Shown here piece by piece: positions 1 to 8,088 of a stretch of 56,110 nucleotides of DNA. A program made the position numbers and the translations under genes. A model generated the notes under the pieces. That model had not been told where the DNA came from, searched no databases, and worked only from the letters and a program-made list of their open reading frames with translations. The stretch spans positions 1 to 56,110 of the forward strand of contig JBFMFE010000020.1 in the NCBI GenBank assembly GCA_040752295.1. The letters run 5' to 3'. Every line of letters starts with the position of its first letter. Positions within the stretch are counted from its first letter, which is position 1. This DNA is from a bacterium. GTDB taxonomy: Bacteria; UBP15; UBA6099; JBFMBQ01.

Positions 1-156
1 GGAGCGCAAACACCGCCTTGTTTCCCGCGCTCCGCGCGGGAGTGAAGGCGGCGATGACTCGCCGCAGTCCAAGGCGGATGACGTCGCAATCCATCGTGAC
101 GAAGAATGTGCGAAAGTTCACAATATGTGGCGTGAATAAATACGGCTATTCTTTTC

Positions 157-1071
157 TCAGGCGAATTCGAGCATACGCTCGAGCGCGGCGGCGGCTTTTT
201 TTCGAACCGGTTCGTCCACCGTTATGACGTGTTCCATTGATTCGAGGGACCAGAGCACCTTTTCGAGCGTGGTTTTCTTCATGTTGGGGCAGACGCAGAG
301 ATCGGACGGGGGGTAGAACTTTTTCCCGGGGTTTTCCCGCTCCAACCGGTGGAGGAGTCCTTCCTCGGTGCCGATGATGAACTCCGCAGCTTGTGATTCC
401 CGGGCGCGGCGAATGATGCCGGACGTGCTTGCGACGTGGTCGGCGACGTCAATGACGTCGGCGGTGCACTCGGGATGGACAATGACTTCGGCGCCGGGAT
501 GCCTTTCCTTCTGCTTGAGGACTTGCTCCCTGAGTATGCGGTGGTGAGTGGGGCAGAACCCGCGTGCGAGATGCAGGGTCTTTCCTGTGACCCGCGCCAC
601 GTAGTCGCCCAGGCAGCGGTCGGGGACGAAGACGATGGGGCGGAAACCGTTGAGCGCCTGAACGACCTTCACGGCGTTGGCGGACGTGCAGCAGACGTCC
701 ACTTCCGACTTGAGTTCCGCCGTGGAGTTCACGTAGCACACGGTGTGGGCGTCGGGGTAGCGGTTTTTCAGTTCGTTGAGCTGTTTCAGTCCCACCATGT
801 CGGCGAGGGGGCAGCCGGCGGAGGGGTCCGGCATGAGCACCGTTTTGCGCGGCGACAGTATGTAAGCGGTCTCCGCCATGAAGTAAACACCGCAGAAAAG
901 GATTGTCCTGGACTCGATGCGCGCCGCAATGCGCGCCAGTTCGAGCGAGTCGCCCACGTGGTCGGCGACGTCCTGGACGTCCGGTATCTGGTAATTGTGC
1001 GCGAGGATGACGGCGTCCCGCTCCCTGCGAAGCGCGTTGATGTCCCTGATGAGAAGCTCGCGGCTGGTCAT
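157..1071 (-). CDS. nadA: quinolinate synthase NadA
   Basis: The ORF 157..1140 has NadA hallmarks (ILAHNYQ, FMAETA, CYVNS, HPEC, VCPNMKKTT). I trimmed the start to MTSRELL (ATG 1071), which has GGAGGA just upstream. Confidence 0.9.
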   Translation of the reverse strand: MTSRELLIRDINALRRERDAVILAHNYQIPDVQDVADHVGDSLELARIAARIESRTILFCGVYFMAETAYILSPRKTVLMPDPSAGCPLADMVGLKQLNELKNRYPDAHTVCYVNSTAELKSEVDVCCTSANAVKVVQALNGFRPIVFVPDRCLGDYVARVTGKTLHLARGFCPTHHRILREQVLKQKERHPGAEVIVHPECTADVIDVADHVASTSGIIRRARESQAAEFIIGTEEGLLHRLERENPGKKFYPPSDLCVCPNMKKTTLEKVLWSLESMEHVITVDEPVRKKAAAALERMLEFA

Positions 1072-1108
1072 CGTCCTCCGGACCGTCCCCGTTTGCGGTT
1101 TCGTTCGT

Positions 1109-1137
1109 ATTTTAAATGAGCGGGTTCGTGTTGTCCA
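1109..1137 (-). promoter_or_regulatory. putative sigma70 promoter of nadA (TGGACA-17-TAAAAT); the -35 lies inside the inverted repeat CGTGT-N5-ACACG
   Basis: Read on the minus strand: TGGACA (1132-1137), a 17-nt spacer, then TAAAAT (1109-1114), about 35 nt upstream of the ATG. Confidence 0.45.
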
Positions 1138-1231
1138 CACGAAAATATCGTAAGGCAGGGCTTTTCATCCATGCCGGAGCTTATTGTAAAGGGGGGCGCG
1201 GAAAAATAATCGCCGCGGGGGCGGGCGCTTT

Positions 1232-1260
1232 TTGACACGGGCGGGGGGTTCTGATAAACT
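1232..1260 (+). promoter_or_regulatory. putative sigma70 promoter of dcd (TTGACA-17-TAAACT)
   Basis: TTGACA at 1232-1237, a 17-nt spacer, TAAACT at 1255-1260. GGAGG at 1273 sits 8 nt before ATG 1286. Confidence 0.55.
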
Positions 1261-1285
1261 TCCGCGTCAACCGGAGGCTCCCCGA

Positions 1286-1837
1286 ATGGTGATGAACGAC
1301 GCATGGATACGGCACATGGCGGAAAGGCGCCGCATGATAGAGCCGTTCGAGCCGCGGCTTATCAGCGGAGGCGTCGTGTCATTCGGGGTCTCGTCCTACG
1401 GCTACGACGCGCGCCTCGCGGACGAATTCAGGGTGCCCGAGGCGGCGCCGGGAGGGGAAATAGACCCGAAAGCAGCCGATTCGGTCCGGTTCAGGGAGAT
1501 AACCCTGTCGAAATTGGCGATTCCCCCCGGGAGCTTCGCGCTCGCAAGGACGGTTGAGTACTTTCGTATTCCGCGGGACATCCTCGGCGTCTGTCTCGGC
1601 AAGTCAACCTACGCAAGGTGCGGCATCGTCGTCAACATAACGCCTCTGGAGCCGGAATGGGAAGGATACGTGACGGTCTCACTCGTAAACGCGGGGCGCT
1701 TCCCGGTTAAGATACACGCCGGTGAGGGCGTCGCGCAGGTCGTCTTCCTCAAGGGGAACGAACCCTGCGGGGTGTCCTACGCCGACCGCCGCGGGAAGTA
1801 CCAGAAGCAGTCCGGCATACGGCACGCGACCGTGTGA
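1286..1837 (+). CDS. dcd: dCTP deaminase
   Basis: Typical Dcd sequence (MIEPF..., [33 protein letters not shown]). The start was chosen at MVMNDAWI, downstream of the SD. Confidence 0.9.
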   Translation: MVMNDAWIRHMAERRRMIEPFEPRLISGGVVSFGVSSYGYDARLADEFRVPEAAPGGEIDPKAADSVRFREITLSKLAIPPGSFALARTVEYFRIPRDILGVCLGKSTYARCGIVVNITPLEPEWEGYVTVSLVNAGRFPVKIHAGEGVAQVVFLKGNEPCGVSYADRRGKYQKQSGIRHATV

Positions 1838-2036
1838 TGAAAGCGCCGCCTGCCTGTGGGCAGACACGGCGCGCGGTGAGCCGCGGCGAACTCGTTCCCC
1901 CGCGTCTCTTTAACGGGGCGGCGTCGCGCCGGGGAGACGGAACACGGGGGCGAACGAAACCGACCTGCCTGTCCGGCAGACGGGACGCCGGAGCAATCGT
2001 GCCCGGCGATCAATCCACGCGGAAAGGGGGCGCGCG

Positions 2037-3548
2037 ATGCAGATAAGGGTCGCGGTGAAAGAACTGAAAGAGTACGAGGGTGACGCCCTGATAGTGAACA
2101 TATTCGAGAAGCAGAAGAAGCCCGGAGGGGCGACGGCGGCGGCGGACGCCGCGCTGAAAGGCCTGGTCGCGCGCAAGATAGAGAGGGGCGAGATAAAGGG
2201 GAAGCTGGGCGAGGTCACCGTTATTCCGGCTGGAGGAAGGCTTCGCGTGGAAAACGTCCTTGTGGCGGGGCTTGGAGATAGGGAGAAGTTCGACCTGGAC
2301 CGCGTGAGACAGGCTTCGGCTGCGGCGGCGCGCAGGTGCGGAGAGATCGGGTCGAAGCGCGCGGGGACCGTCCTCCACGGCGCCGGCGCTGGGGGAATCT
2401 CCCCCGCCGATTCCGCGCGCGCCATAGCCGAAGGCGCCATACTGGGCGCGTACGCATTCGACCGGTACAGGACGAAAAAGGGGGGAAAGAAGGACGAAAA
2501 GAGGCTCCGCGCGCTCGACCTCCTCGAGCGCGACCGGGGGCGCGCGGGAAGCGTCCGCGAGGGCGCGCGCCTCGGCACGGCGCTCGCCGGGGCGGCGGTC
2601 TTCGCAAGGGACATGGTGAACGAACCTCCGAGCGAGATGACCCCCGCGGCGATGGCGAGGATAGCCGTTGAAGCGGGAAAAGAGGCGGGCGTCGAGGTGA
2701 AGGTGCACGGCAAAAAGGACATGGAGAAAATGGGGATGGGCGCAATTCTCGGCGTGGCGCGTGGAAGCGCGCAGCAGCCCGCGTTCATAGTCATGAGATA
2801 CAGGGGCGCGCCCGGCTCGAAAGACGCAGCGGGGCTTATAGGAAAGGGGATCACGTTCGACTCGGGGGGGCTTTCGCTGAAGCCCGCGAAGGCGATGGAG
2901 GACATGAAATCGGACATGTCGGGCGGGGCGGCAGTGATAGCGGTGATGAGGGCGCTCGGAACGCTGAAGCCGCGTATCAACGTCACGGGGATCGTGCCCG
3001 CCGTGGAAAACATGCCGGGCGGCTCGGCGCAGAAGGTCGGGGACGTTCTGAAGACGATGAGCGGCAGGACGGTGGAGGTGGTGAACACGGACGCCGAGGG
3101 GCGGCTGATCCTCGCCGACGCCATCGAATACGCGCGCAGGGAGAAGCTGTCGCCCATCGTTGACGTCGCCACACTCACCGGGGCGTGCGTGGTCGCGCTC
3201 GGAGACCTGTGCGCGGGCGCGTTCGGAAACGATGATGAATTAGTCGGCTCCATCATCGCGGCGGGCGCGGCTGCGGGCGAAAAAATCTGGAGACTCCCCG
3301 TGTTCGACGAGTACAAGGAGCTAAACAAGAGCGACGTGGCGGACATAAAAAACGCGGGCGGGAAGGACGCCGGCGCGATTACCGCCGCGCTGTTCCTCGG
3401 CTTCTTCTACAACGACGCGAAGTGGTGCCACCTCGACGTCGCGGGACCGGCTTTCGCAAAGAAAGATAAGGGTTACATAAGAAAGGGCGCAACCGGCGTC
3501 CCGGTGAGAACGCTTCTGCACTGGCTCCTTGCGCGGAGCGGGGGCTGA
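2037..3548 (+). CDS. pepA: leucyl aminopeptidase (M17 family)
   Basis: 503-aa ORF carrying the M17 signature NTDAEGRLILADA plus GKGITFDSGG and MKSDMSGGA. Confidence 0.93.
   Translation: MQIRVAVKELKEYEGDALIVNIFEKQKKPGGATAAADAALKGLVARKIERGEIKGKLGEVTVIPAGGRLRVENVLVAGLGDREKFDLDRVRQASAAAARRCGEIGSKRAGTVLHGAGAGGISPADSARAIAEGAILGAYAFDRYRTKKGGKKDEKRLRALDLLERDRGRAGSVREGARLGTALAGAAVFARDMVNEPPSEMTPAAMARIAVEAGKEAGVEVKVHGKKDMEKMGMGAILGVARGSAQQPAFIVMRYRGAPGSKDAAGLIGKGITFDSGGLSLKPAKAMEDMKSDMSGGAAVIAVMRALGTLKPRINVTGIVPAVENMPGGSAQKVGDVLKTMSGRTVEVVNTDAEGRLILADAIEYARREKLSPIVDVATLTGACVVALGDLCAGAFGNDDELVGSIIAAGAAAGEKIWRLPVFDEYKELNKSDVADIKNAGGKDAGAITAALFLGFFYNDAKWCHLDVAGPAFAKKDKGYIRKGATGVPVRTLLHWLLARSGG
3366..3548 (+). 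repeat. left copy of a 183-bp direct repeat (the functional 3-prime end of pepA)
   Basis: Manual alignment to 4486..4668 at a constant offset of 1120 shows 4 mismatches in 183 nt. Weaker similarity extends a few nt further left. Confidence 0.9.
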
Positions 3549-3738
3549 CGCGCCGGGCACCCGGGCGGGGGCGTTCCGGTTTTCACCACTCGCGGGACTG
3601 CCGGAAGCAAACGGAAGTAAAAGGGTTCATAAGACACAGACGCGGCGTCAGAACGGCTGAAAAGACAGTCGAGCGCCCGATGCGTCTGATTCAACGCGGG
3701 TTTGGCTCAAGAAACGAATGCAGTTATAATGTCTGCCG

Positions 3739-4134
3739 ATGAAAGGCATATTGGATGAAAAGGAGTGGTTCCGGCAGGCGTCCTATGATATTGAAACCGC
3801 CGATGACATGTACAAAGCAGGGAGATATATCTACACTGTCTTCACGTGCCACCTTGCAGTTGAAAAGGGACTGAAAGGAATTTATTATTCGAAATTTCAT
3901 AACGAACCGCCGAGAATCCATAGCCTCACAAGGCTTATCAAAGAAGCAGAATTGAGTGTGCCGGAAGACCTGTTACCGCTTATAACGCAGCTATCCGCGG
4001 CAAGCGTACCTGCAAGGTACCCGGCAGAATTACGACGTCTTCGAAAAGAGTACGGCAGGAAAAAGACCGCGGAAATACTGAGAAACAGCCGGAAGGTGCT
4101 GAAGTGGCTGAGAAAAGAATTAAAGACGTCGTGA
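3739..4134 (+). CDS. HEPN domain protein (PF05168-like, partner of a minimal nucleotidyltransferase)
   Basis: 131 aa. The WFRQASYDIETADDMYKAGRY..., HSLTRL and SVPARYP pattern is typical of HEPN partners of MNT. Its stop overlaps the next start (GTGATG). Confidence 0.75.
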   Translation: MKGILDEKEWFRQASYDIETADDMYKAGRYIYTVFTCHLAVEKGLKGIYYSKFHNEPPRIHSLTRLIKEAELSVPEDLLPLITQLSAASVPARYPAELRRLRKEYGRKKTAEILRNSRKVLKWLRKELKTS

Positions 4135-4409
4135 TGTACATGAAGAAATGTCTTGAAAAAAACGGCATCCGGGTTTCCAAAATCATCGTGTTCGGGTCAC
4201 ATGCCAGAGGGACCGCCGCGAGGGAAAGCGACATTGACATGATTATCGTTTCCGGCGATTTTCGCGGGAAGGGGCTTCTCAAAAGGGCTGAAATGATCGG
4301 CGACGCCGAATATAAAACGGTCTGTAAGTTCGACGTCGCCATAGATGTAATCCTCGAGTCTCCCGAAGAATTCAACCCCGGTTTCGGCGTCGTCGTGTAC
4401 GCGGCATGA
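4134..4409 (+). CDS. minimal nucleotidyltransferase (MNT) domain protein
   Basis: GSHARGTAARESDIDMIIV matches the GSxxRG...DxD polymerase-beta-type NTase motif. The start ATG at 4134 overlaps the HEPN stop. Confidence 0.8.
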   Translation: MYMKKCLEKNGIRVSKIIVFGSHARGTAARESDIDMIIVSGDFRGKGLLKRAEMIGDAEYKTVCKFDVAIDVILESPEEFNPGFGVVVYAA

Positions 4410-4485
4410 ACGGCGGACAGATCATCACATACCACAATTTTCACTGCGCGAACGGCGCGATTTTATCTCCAGCCGCGGGAGGAAT

Positions 4486-4668
4486 GACGCCGGGGCGATT
4501 ACCGCCGCGCTGTTCCCCGGCTTCTTCTACAACGACGCGAAGTGGTGTCACCTCGACGTCGCGGGACCGGCTTTCGCAAAGAAAGATAAGGGCTACATAA
4601 GAAAGGGCGCAACCGGCGTCCCGGTGAGAACGCTTCTGCACTGGCTCCTTGCGCGGAGCGGGGGCTGA
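4486..4668 (+). pseudogene. displaced duplicate of the last ~60 codons of pepA (right copy of the direct repeat)
   Basis: In-frame translation gives DAGAITAALFPGFFYNDAKWCHLDVAGPAFAKKDKGYIRKGATGVPVRTLLHWLLARSGG*. There is no upstream pepA body. Three of the four substitutions are synonymous. Confidence 0.8.
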
Positions 4669-4738
4669 AAGGCAGCCCGCTGCGGGGGCGCGGTCACACA
4701 AGCCCGGCGGAAACGGGGGGGCAGCCGCCGGGGCGGTA

Positions 4739-4768
4739 TTGACGCGCGCCGGCGCGCGTTCCTACAAT
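4739..4768 (+). promoter_or_regulatory. putative sigma70 promoter (TTGACG-18-TACAAT), possibly producing a leaderless mRNA
   Basis: The -10 ends at 4768 and the ATG is at 4775, which is where the transcription start would be expected. Confidence 0.45.
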
Positions 4769-4774
4769 TTGCAG

Positions 4775-6343
4775 ATGTTCCGAACGTCCGATTCCACGAA
4801 GGGCATGGATATTCGAGAGGGCGAGGCGGTATATCACGAGGCTCACGGCGTGGGTCGCGTGGCGATGTGCGACGGAGGCGATTTCATAGTCGAGTTCGAG
4901 GACGGGGGAGAGGAGGTTTACGACGCGCACGGCTGGAGCGATGCGGGGCTTACGAGGCTCGACGCGGAGGGTTTCCACCTCCGGGTCCGGGACGACCCCG
5001 CGGGCGTGCGCGAGGCGGCGGAGACCGACCCGGCGCGGGTGATCGTGTGGATTACGCGCGATTACACGAAGAGCGTACCGATGAGTCTCGTGGAGCGGCT
5101 GCTGCGGGGAAAGGTGATCGGGGAAGAGGATTGGGACAAGTGGGAAAGGGAAGCGGCGCAGAGGTTGTCGCGGGACCCGCGGTTCGTCGTCGAGGGGAAG
5201 GACACGCTGGTTTACAGGGGCGAGGCGGACGAGGTATCGCTTCAGCTTTTGGAGGAATTCCGGCAGGCGGGTACGCTGAAGGGGAAGTACAGGGTGTGCC
5301 GCGAGTTCATGCGTGTTGAGGCGCAGGGCGTTGACGTGAGGAGGAACAGGGAGGCTGCGGTGAGTTTTTTCGGAGGTGTGGCGCGGAACGCGACGAACCG
5401 GCTGGGTGCGAGGGTCGAGGCGATGACGTACCTGAGCCAGCTCGACGCGCCGCAGGGCGAGGCGGCGAGGGAGCAGTTGATGGAGGAGCTGGGCGGGACG
5501 GGGACCGGGGAGCTTGCGGAGGCTGTTGGGGAGACGACGGATTCGGCGGTGCGGCGTGAGATGCTCCTGATGTTCCGGGAGCGGCGGGGGGAGGAGTTAG
5601 GGGAGGCGGTGGGGACGCTCGTGCGGACGTTCCGGCGCCACAGGGACTGGGCGCTGGACTTTCTGATGGAAGCGGACGTGGAGGCGGCGAGGGGGCTTGC
5701 CGGCGCGGCGTTCGGCGAGCCTTCCACGAACATGGGCGTTTTTCTGTGGCTGTGCAGGAACATGTTCAGGAGTCCGGAGCGGCTGGGAGAGCTTGGCGTG
5801 GATGCGGCGGCGCTCATGAGGGAATTGTTCCGGCAATTGTCGAAGTCGCACCTCACGGGGGCTTTTTCGGCGCATCCGAAGGAGGGGCCGTACACGAGCC
5901 GCGAGGAAGCGGAGATGCTCGAAATGCTGTCGGACGTTGACGCGGTGGTGGAATTTTTAAGGGCGCAGAACGAGGGCGCCGCCGCCGGGTTCTGGGAGAT
6001 GTACGACGGGAGCGCGGCGATTGACGACGATCTCAAGGACAGGATGCGCGGCGAGATCGCCGCGATCACGGGAGACGCGGAGATTCCGGCGCGGAGAAAG
6101 CAGAAGGAGGAGACGTACCGGCTGACGAGGGAATCGTACGAGAAATACCGCGAGGAACTCCGGAAGCTCGTGGAGGAGGATATACCCGCGAACCTGCGGG
6201 ATATACGCACCGCGCGGGAGTGGGGAGACCTGAGCGAGAACGCCGAGTATCACGCGGCGAGGGAGCGCCAGCAGCTTCTGCGCGGCAGAAAGCTGTATCT
6301 GGAGAAGGTGCTGGGCAGCTGCGAGGTCATCGAGGGGGACTGA
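4775..6343 (+). CDS. large protein with a CarD/TRCF-like N-terminal motif and a C-terminal GreA N-domain-like coiled coil (no Gre C-terminal domain)
   Basis: The N-terminus REGEAVYHEAHGVGRV resembles the CarD_CdnL_TRCF motif. The C-terminus ...REWGDLSENAEYHAARERQQLL...VIEGD* resembles the GreA NTD. An alternative start is ATG 4805. The 5-prime part of ORF 4649.. overlaps the repeat and was discarded. Confidence 0.6.
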   Translation: MFRTSDSTKGMDIREGEAVYHEAHGVGRVAMCDGGDFIVEFEDGGEEVYDAHGWSDAGLTRLDAEGFHLRVRDDPAGVREAAETDPARVIVWITRDYTKSVPMSLVERLLRGKVIGEEDWDKWEREAAQRLSRDPRFVVEGKDTLVYRGEADEVSLQLLEEFRQAGTLKGKYRVCREFMRVEAQGVDVRRNREAAVSFFGGVARNATNRLGARVEAMTYLSQLDAPQGEAAREQLMEELGGTGTGELAEAVGETTDSAVRREMLLMFRERRGEELGEAVGTLVRTFRRHRDWALDFLMEADVEAARGLAGAAFGEPSTNMGVFLWLCRNMFRSPERLGELGVDAAALMRELFRQLSKSHLTGAFSAHPKEGPYTSREEAEMLEMLSDVDAVVEFLRAQNEGAAAGFWEMYDGSAAIDDDLKDRMRGEIAAITGDAEIPARRKQKEETYRLTRESYEKYREELRKLVEEDIPANLRDIRTAREWGDLSENAEYHAARERQQLLRGRKLYLEKVLGSCEVIEGD

Positions 6344-6526
6344 CCTCGGGCGGTACGTTCTCCGGGGCGCCCGTCCGGTCGTCCGGAAGCGGCGGTTGGT
6401 CCTCGTTATACGCTCTCCACGCGGGGCGGAACCTGCCGTTGACAGATCAGACGTGTCGGACAGGTTAGACATGTCGGACACTTCTTCCCATTGAACCCCC
6501 CTGCCCTTCCCCGCCGCAGGCGCCGT

Positions 6527-7396
6527 TCACGACCTCAGTTTCGATCTTACCGCGACGGCGGCGGGTACGAGATATTTCATGACGGCGACCGCGCAGAATA
6601 TGCAGAGGTTGAGGACGAAGGGCGTGGAGCGCATGAAGTGCTTTCTGTGGAAGGTCCACATGGTGTTGTAGAACTCGTAGGACGCCCTCACGGGGTTTTT
6701 GCTTGCGCAGACGCCTTTTTTGTGAACGACGACGGCGGACGGGACGTAGCGGACGGTCCAGCCCGCCTTTTTCGCCCTGTAACAGATGTCGAGGTCTTCG
6801 GCGTAGAGGAAGAAATCCTCGTCGAAGAGTCCGATTCGGTCGAGGAGTTCCCTTCTGATCATCATGAACGAACCTGAGACGGCGTCAACGGGGGTCATTT
6901 CGTTTTCGTTGAGGTAGGTCAGATTGTACCTTGCGAAAAGCCCGCTTCCGGGAAACAGAAAGCTCAGCCCCGAGAGCCTGCAGAAAGAAACCCAGGGGGT
7001 CGGGAATCCCCTTCGGCAGGCGAGCTGGAGCCTGCCGTCGGCGCCGAGTATTTTGCCGCCGGAGATGCCGACGGAGGGGTCCTGCAGGGTGGCGTTCTCG
7101 ATTTCACGGAGCGCGCCCGCCGAGACCACGACGTCGGGGTTGAGGAGGAGGATGAGTTTTCCCATCGAGGCAGCAATGCCCTGGTTGACGGCTCTGGCGA
7201 AGCCGAGGTTTTCGTCGTTGAGCACGGCGCGGATGGCCGCGCCGCGTTGGCTGATGGTCTTCAGGCTCTCGTCGGCGGAATGGTTGTCCACGACGATGAC
7301 TTCGGTGTCATCCCTCGTTTCGGTGGCGAGGGAATCGAGGAGTTCGGCGAGGGAGTCGCCGGAGTTGTAATTGACTATTATTATCGAGGTGGTCAC
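6527..7396 (-). CDS. family 2 glycosyltransferase
   Basis: SIIIVNYNS..., VVDNHSAD, ARAVNQG and the FLYAEDLDICYR pattern indicate a rhamnosyltransferase-like GT2. Confidence 0.85.
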   Translation of the reverse strand: MTTSIIIVNYNSGDSLAELLDSLATETRDDTEVIVVDNHSADESLKTISQRGAAIRAVLNDENLGFARAVNQGIAASMGKLILLLNPDVVVSAGALREIENATLQDPSVGISGGKILGADGRLQLACRRGFPTPWVSFCRLSGLSFLFPGSGLFARYNLTYLNENEMTPVDAVSGSFMMIRRELLDRIGLFDEDFFLYAEDLDICYRAKKAGWTVRYVPSAVVVHKKGVCASKNPVRASYEFYNTMWTFHRKHFMRSTPFVLNLCIFCAVAVMKYLVPAAVAVRSKLRS

Positions 7397-7530
7397 GGCG
7401 CCGCGGGTTTTCCGGGAAGACGTTCCGGTTTTTCTTTAGGTTATTATACAGTGAGCGGACGAGGCGGACGCCGCGGCGGCGAAAATCCGCCGGGAGGGGC
7501 GGACGGAGCGGATGGGGAGCGGCACGAGAG

Positions 7531-7932
7531 ATGAGAGCGCACGTTGAGATCTCGCACGGGGTTGTTTCGGAGATTCTGAGTCACTGCGAGAGGGAGCTGC
7601 CGTACGAGGCGTGCGGGCTTCTCGGCGGAAAGGGAAACCGCGTGGAGAAGGTCGTGCCCGCGGGGAACGAGTCGAGGAGCAGGACCGAGTACTCCATTGA
7701 CCCGGCATTCGTGTTGAGGGCTATGAAGGGATTGAAGGGCGAGGGGCTTGACGTCACGGGGGTTTATCACTCCCACCCCGACGGGCTCGAAGGGCTGTCC
7801 GCGCGGGACGTTGAGGAGTGCTGGGAGGATTTTTATTACATTTTAGTAGTGATGAAGGGTGTTTCGAAGAAGATGAGGTGTTATCGAGTAAGCGATGGGC
7901 GTGAAGAGGTTATAGAGATGCGGTTTTTTTAA
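7531..7932 (+). CDS. JAMM/MPN+ (Mov34) metalloprotease
   Basis: EACGLL followed by the HSHPDG...S..D JAMM motif. Confidence 0.8.
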   Translation: MRAHVEISHGVVSEILSHCERELPYEACGLLGGKGNRVEKVVPAGNESRSRTEYSIDPAFVLRAMKGLKGEGLDVTGVYHSHPDGLEGLSARDVEECWEDFYYILVVMKGVSKKMRCYRVSDGREEVIEMRFF

Positions 7933-8059
7933 GAGATTTTGCGATATTTAAAGTGAATATTTAAAATATTTCGACACAATGGTCATGATTTGGCAAAAGT
8001 GCTCGATATTGCAGGATGTCAGGCGCAGGGCTTTCTGAAAAAATATTTTTATATATATC

Positions 8060-8088
8060 TTGACAATATTATAATCAATATTTATAAT
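8060..8088 (+). promoter_or_regulatory. perfect-consensus sigma70 promoter (TTGACA-17-TATAAT) of hsp20
   Basis: TTGACA at 8060-8065, a 17-nt spacer, TATAAT at 8083-8088, all within a ~180-bp A+T-rich intergenic region. Confidence 0.7.

Larger units (their letters stand above)
3549..4485 (+). mobile_element. putative inserted HEPN/MNT cassette (mini-island without a recombinase)
   Basis: Visibly A+T-richer than the flanks. It carries only a toxin-antitoxin-type pair and is bracketed by the duplicated pepA 3-prime end. Confidence 0.5.

Noticed and set aside
1-92. Possible 5-prime end of a minus-strand gene running off the left edge (MDCDVIRLGLRRVIAAFTPARSAGNKAVFAL...).
   Set aside because: Only about 30 codons are visible, with no SD and no recognisable motif. 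That is insufficient to call.
1072-1231. NAD+ (nadA-motif) riboswitch upstream of nadA.
   Set aside because: The best promoter leaves a 5-prime UTR of only about 35 nt. I could not see the tandem-domain structure. An operator-like inverted repeat is more plausible.
1910-3346. Long ORFs on the opposite strand or out of frame relative to well-supported genes. Examples: 1910..3346, the upstream part of 24061..25305, 30631..31797, 33684..34673, 34931..36697, 44383..45489, 45412..46938, 47020..48036, 51993..53117, 16649..17749 and 8644..9591.
   Set aside because: Every one overlaps a gene with clear family motifs. Their translations are Arg/Pro/Ser/Ala-rich low-complexity strings, as expected for stop-poor alternative frames in high-G+C DNA. 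None has a recognisable motif or SD.
4406-4600. 64-aa ORF spanning the right pepA repeat.
   Set aside because: It reads the duplicated pepA fragment out of frame and gives a Pro/Ser/Thr/Arg-rich translation. The in-frame reading is the pepA C-terminus with no start of its own.
6344-6526. Possible frameshifted remnant of a GreA C-terminal domain downstream of the GreA-like gene.
   Set aside because: I translated all three forward frames. Fragments such as TFSGAPV or VLRGARPVV only vaguely resemble the V.FG..V start of the Gre CTD. The space is about 60 codons, too short for that domain. This cannot be excluded without a profile search, so I mention it only as a check under the main finding.
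7991-8013. Sigma54-like TGGCA...TTGCA elements (7991-8013, and the GGCAC triplet repeat at 27086-27110).
   Set aside because: The GG-to-GC spacing does not fit the fixed -24/-12 geometry: offsets are 19 and 11 instead of 12.
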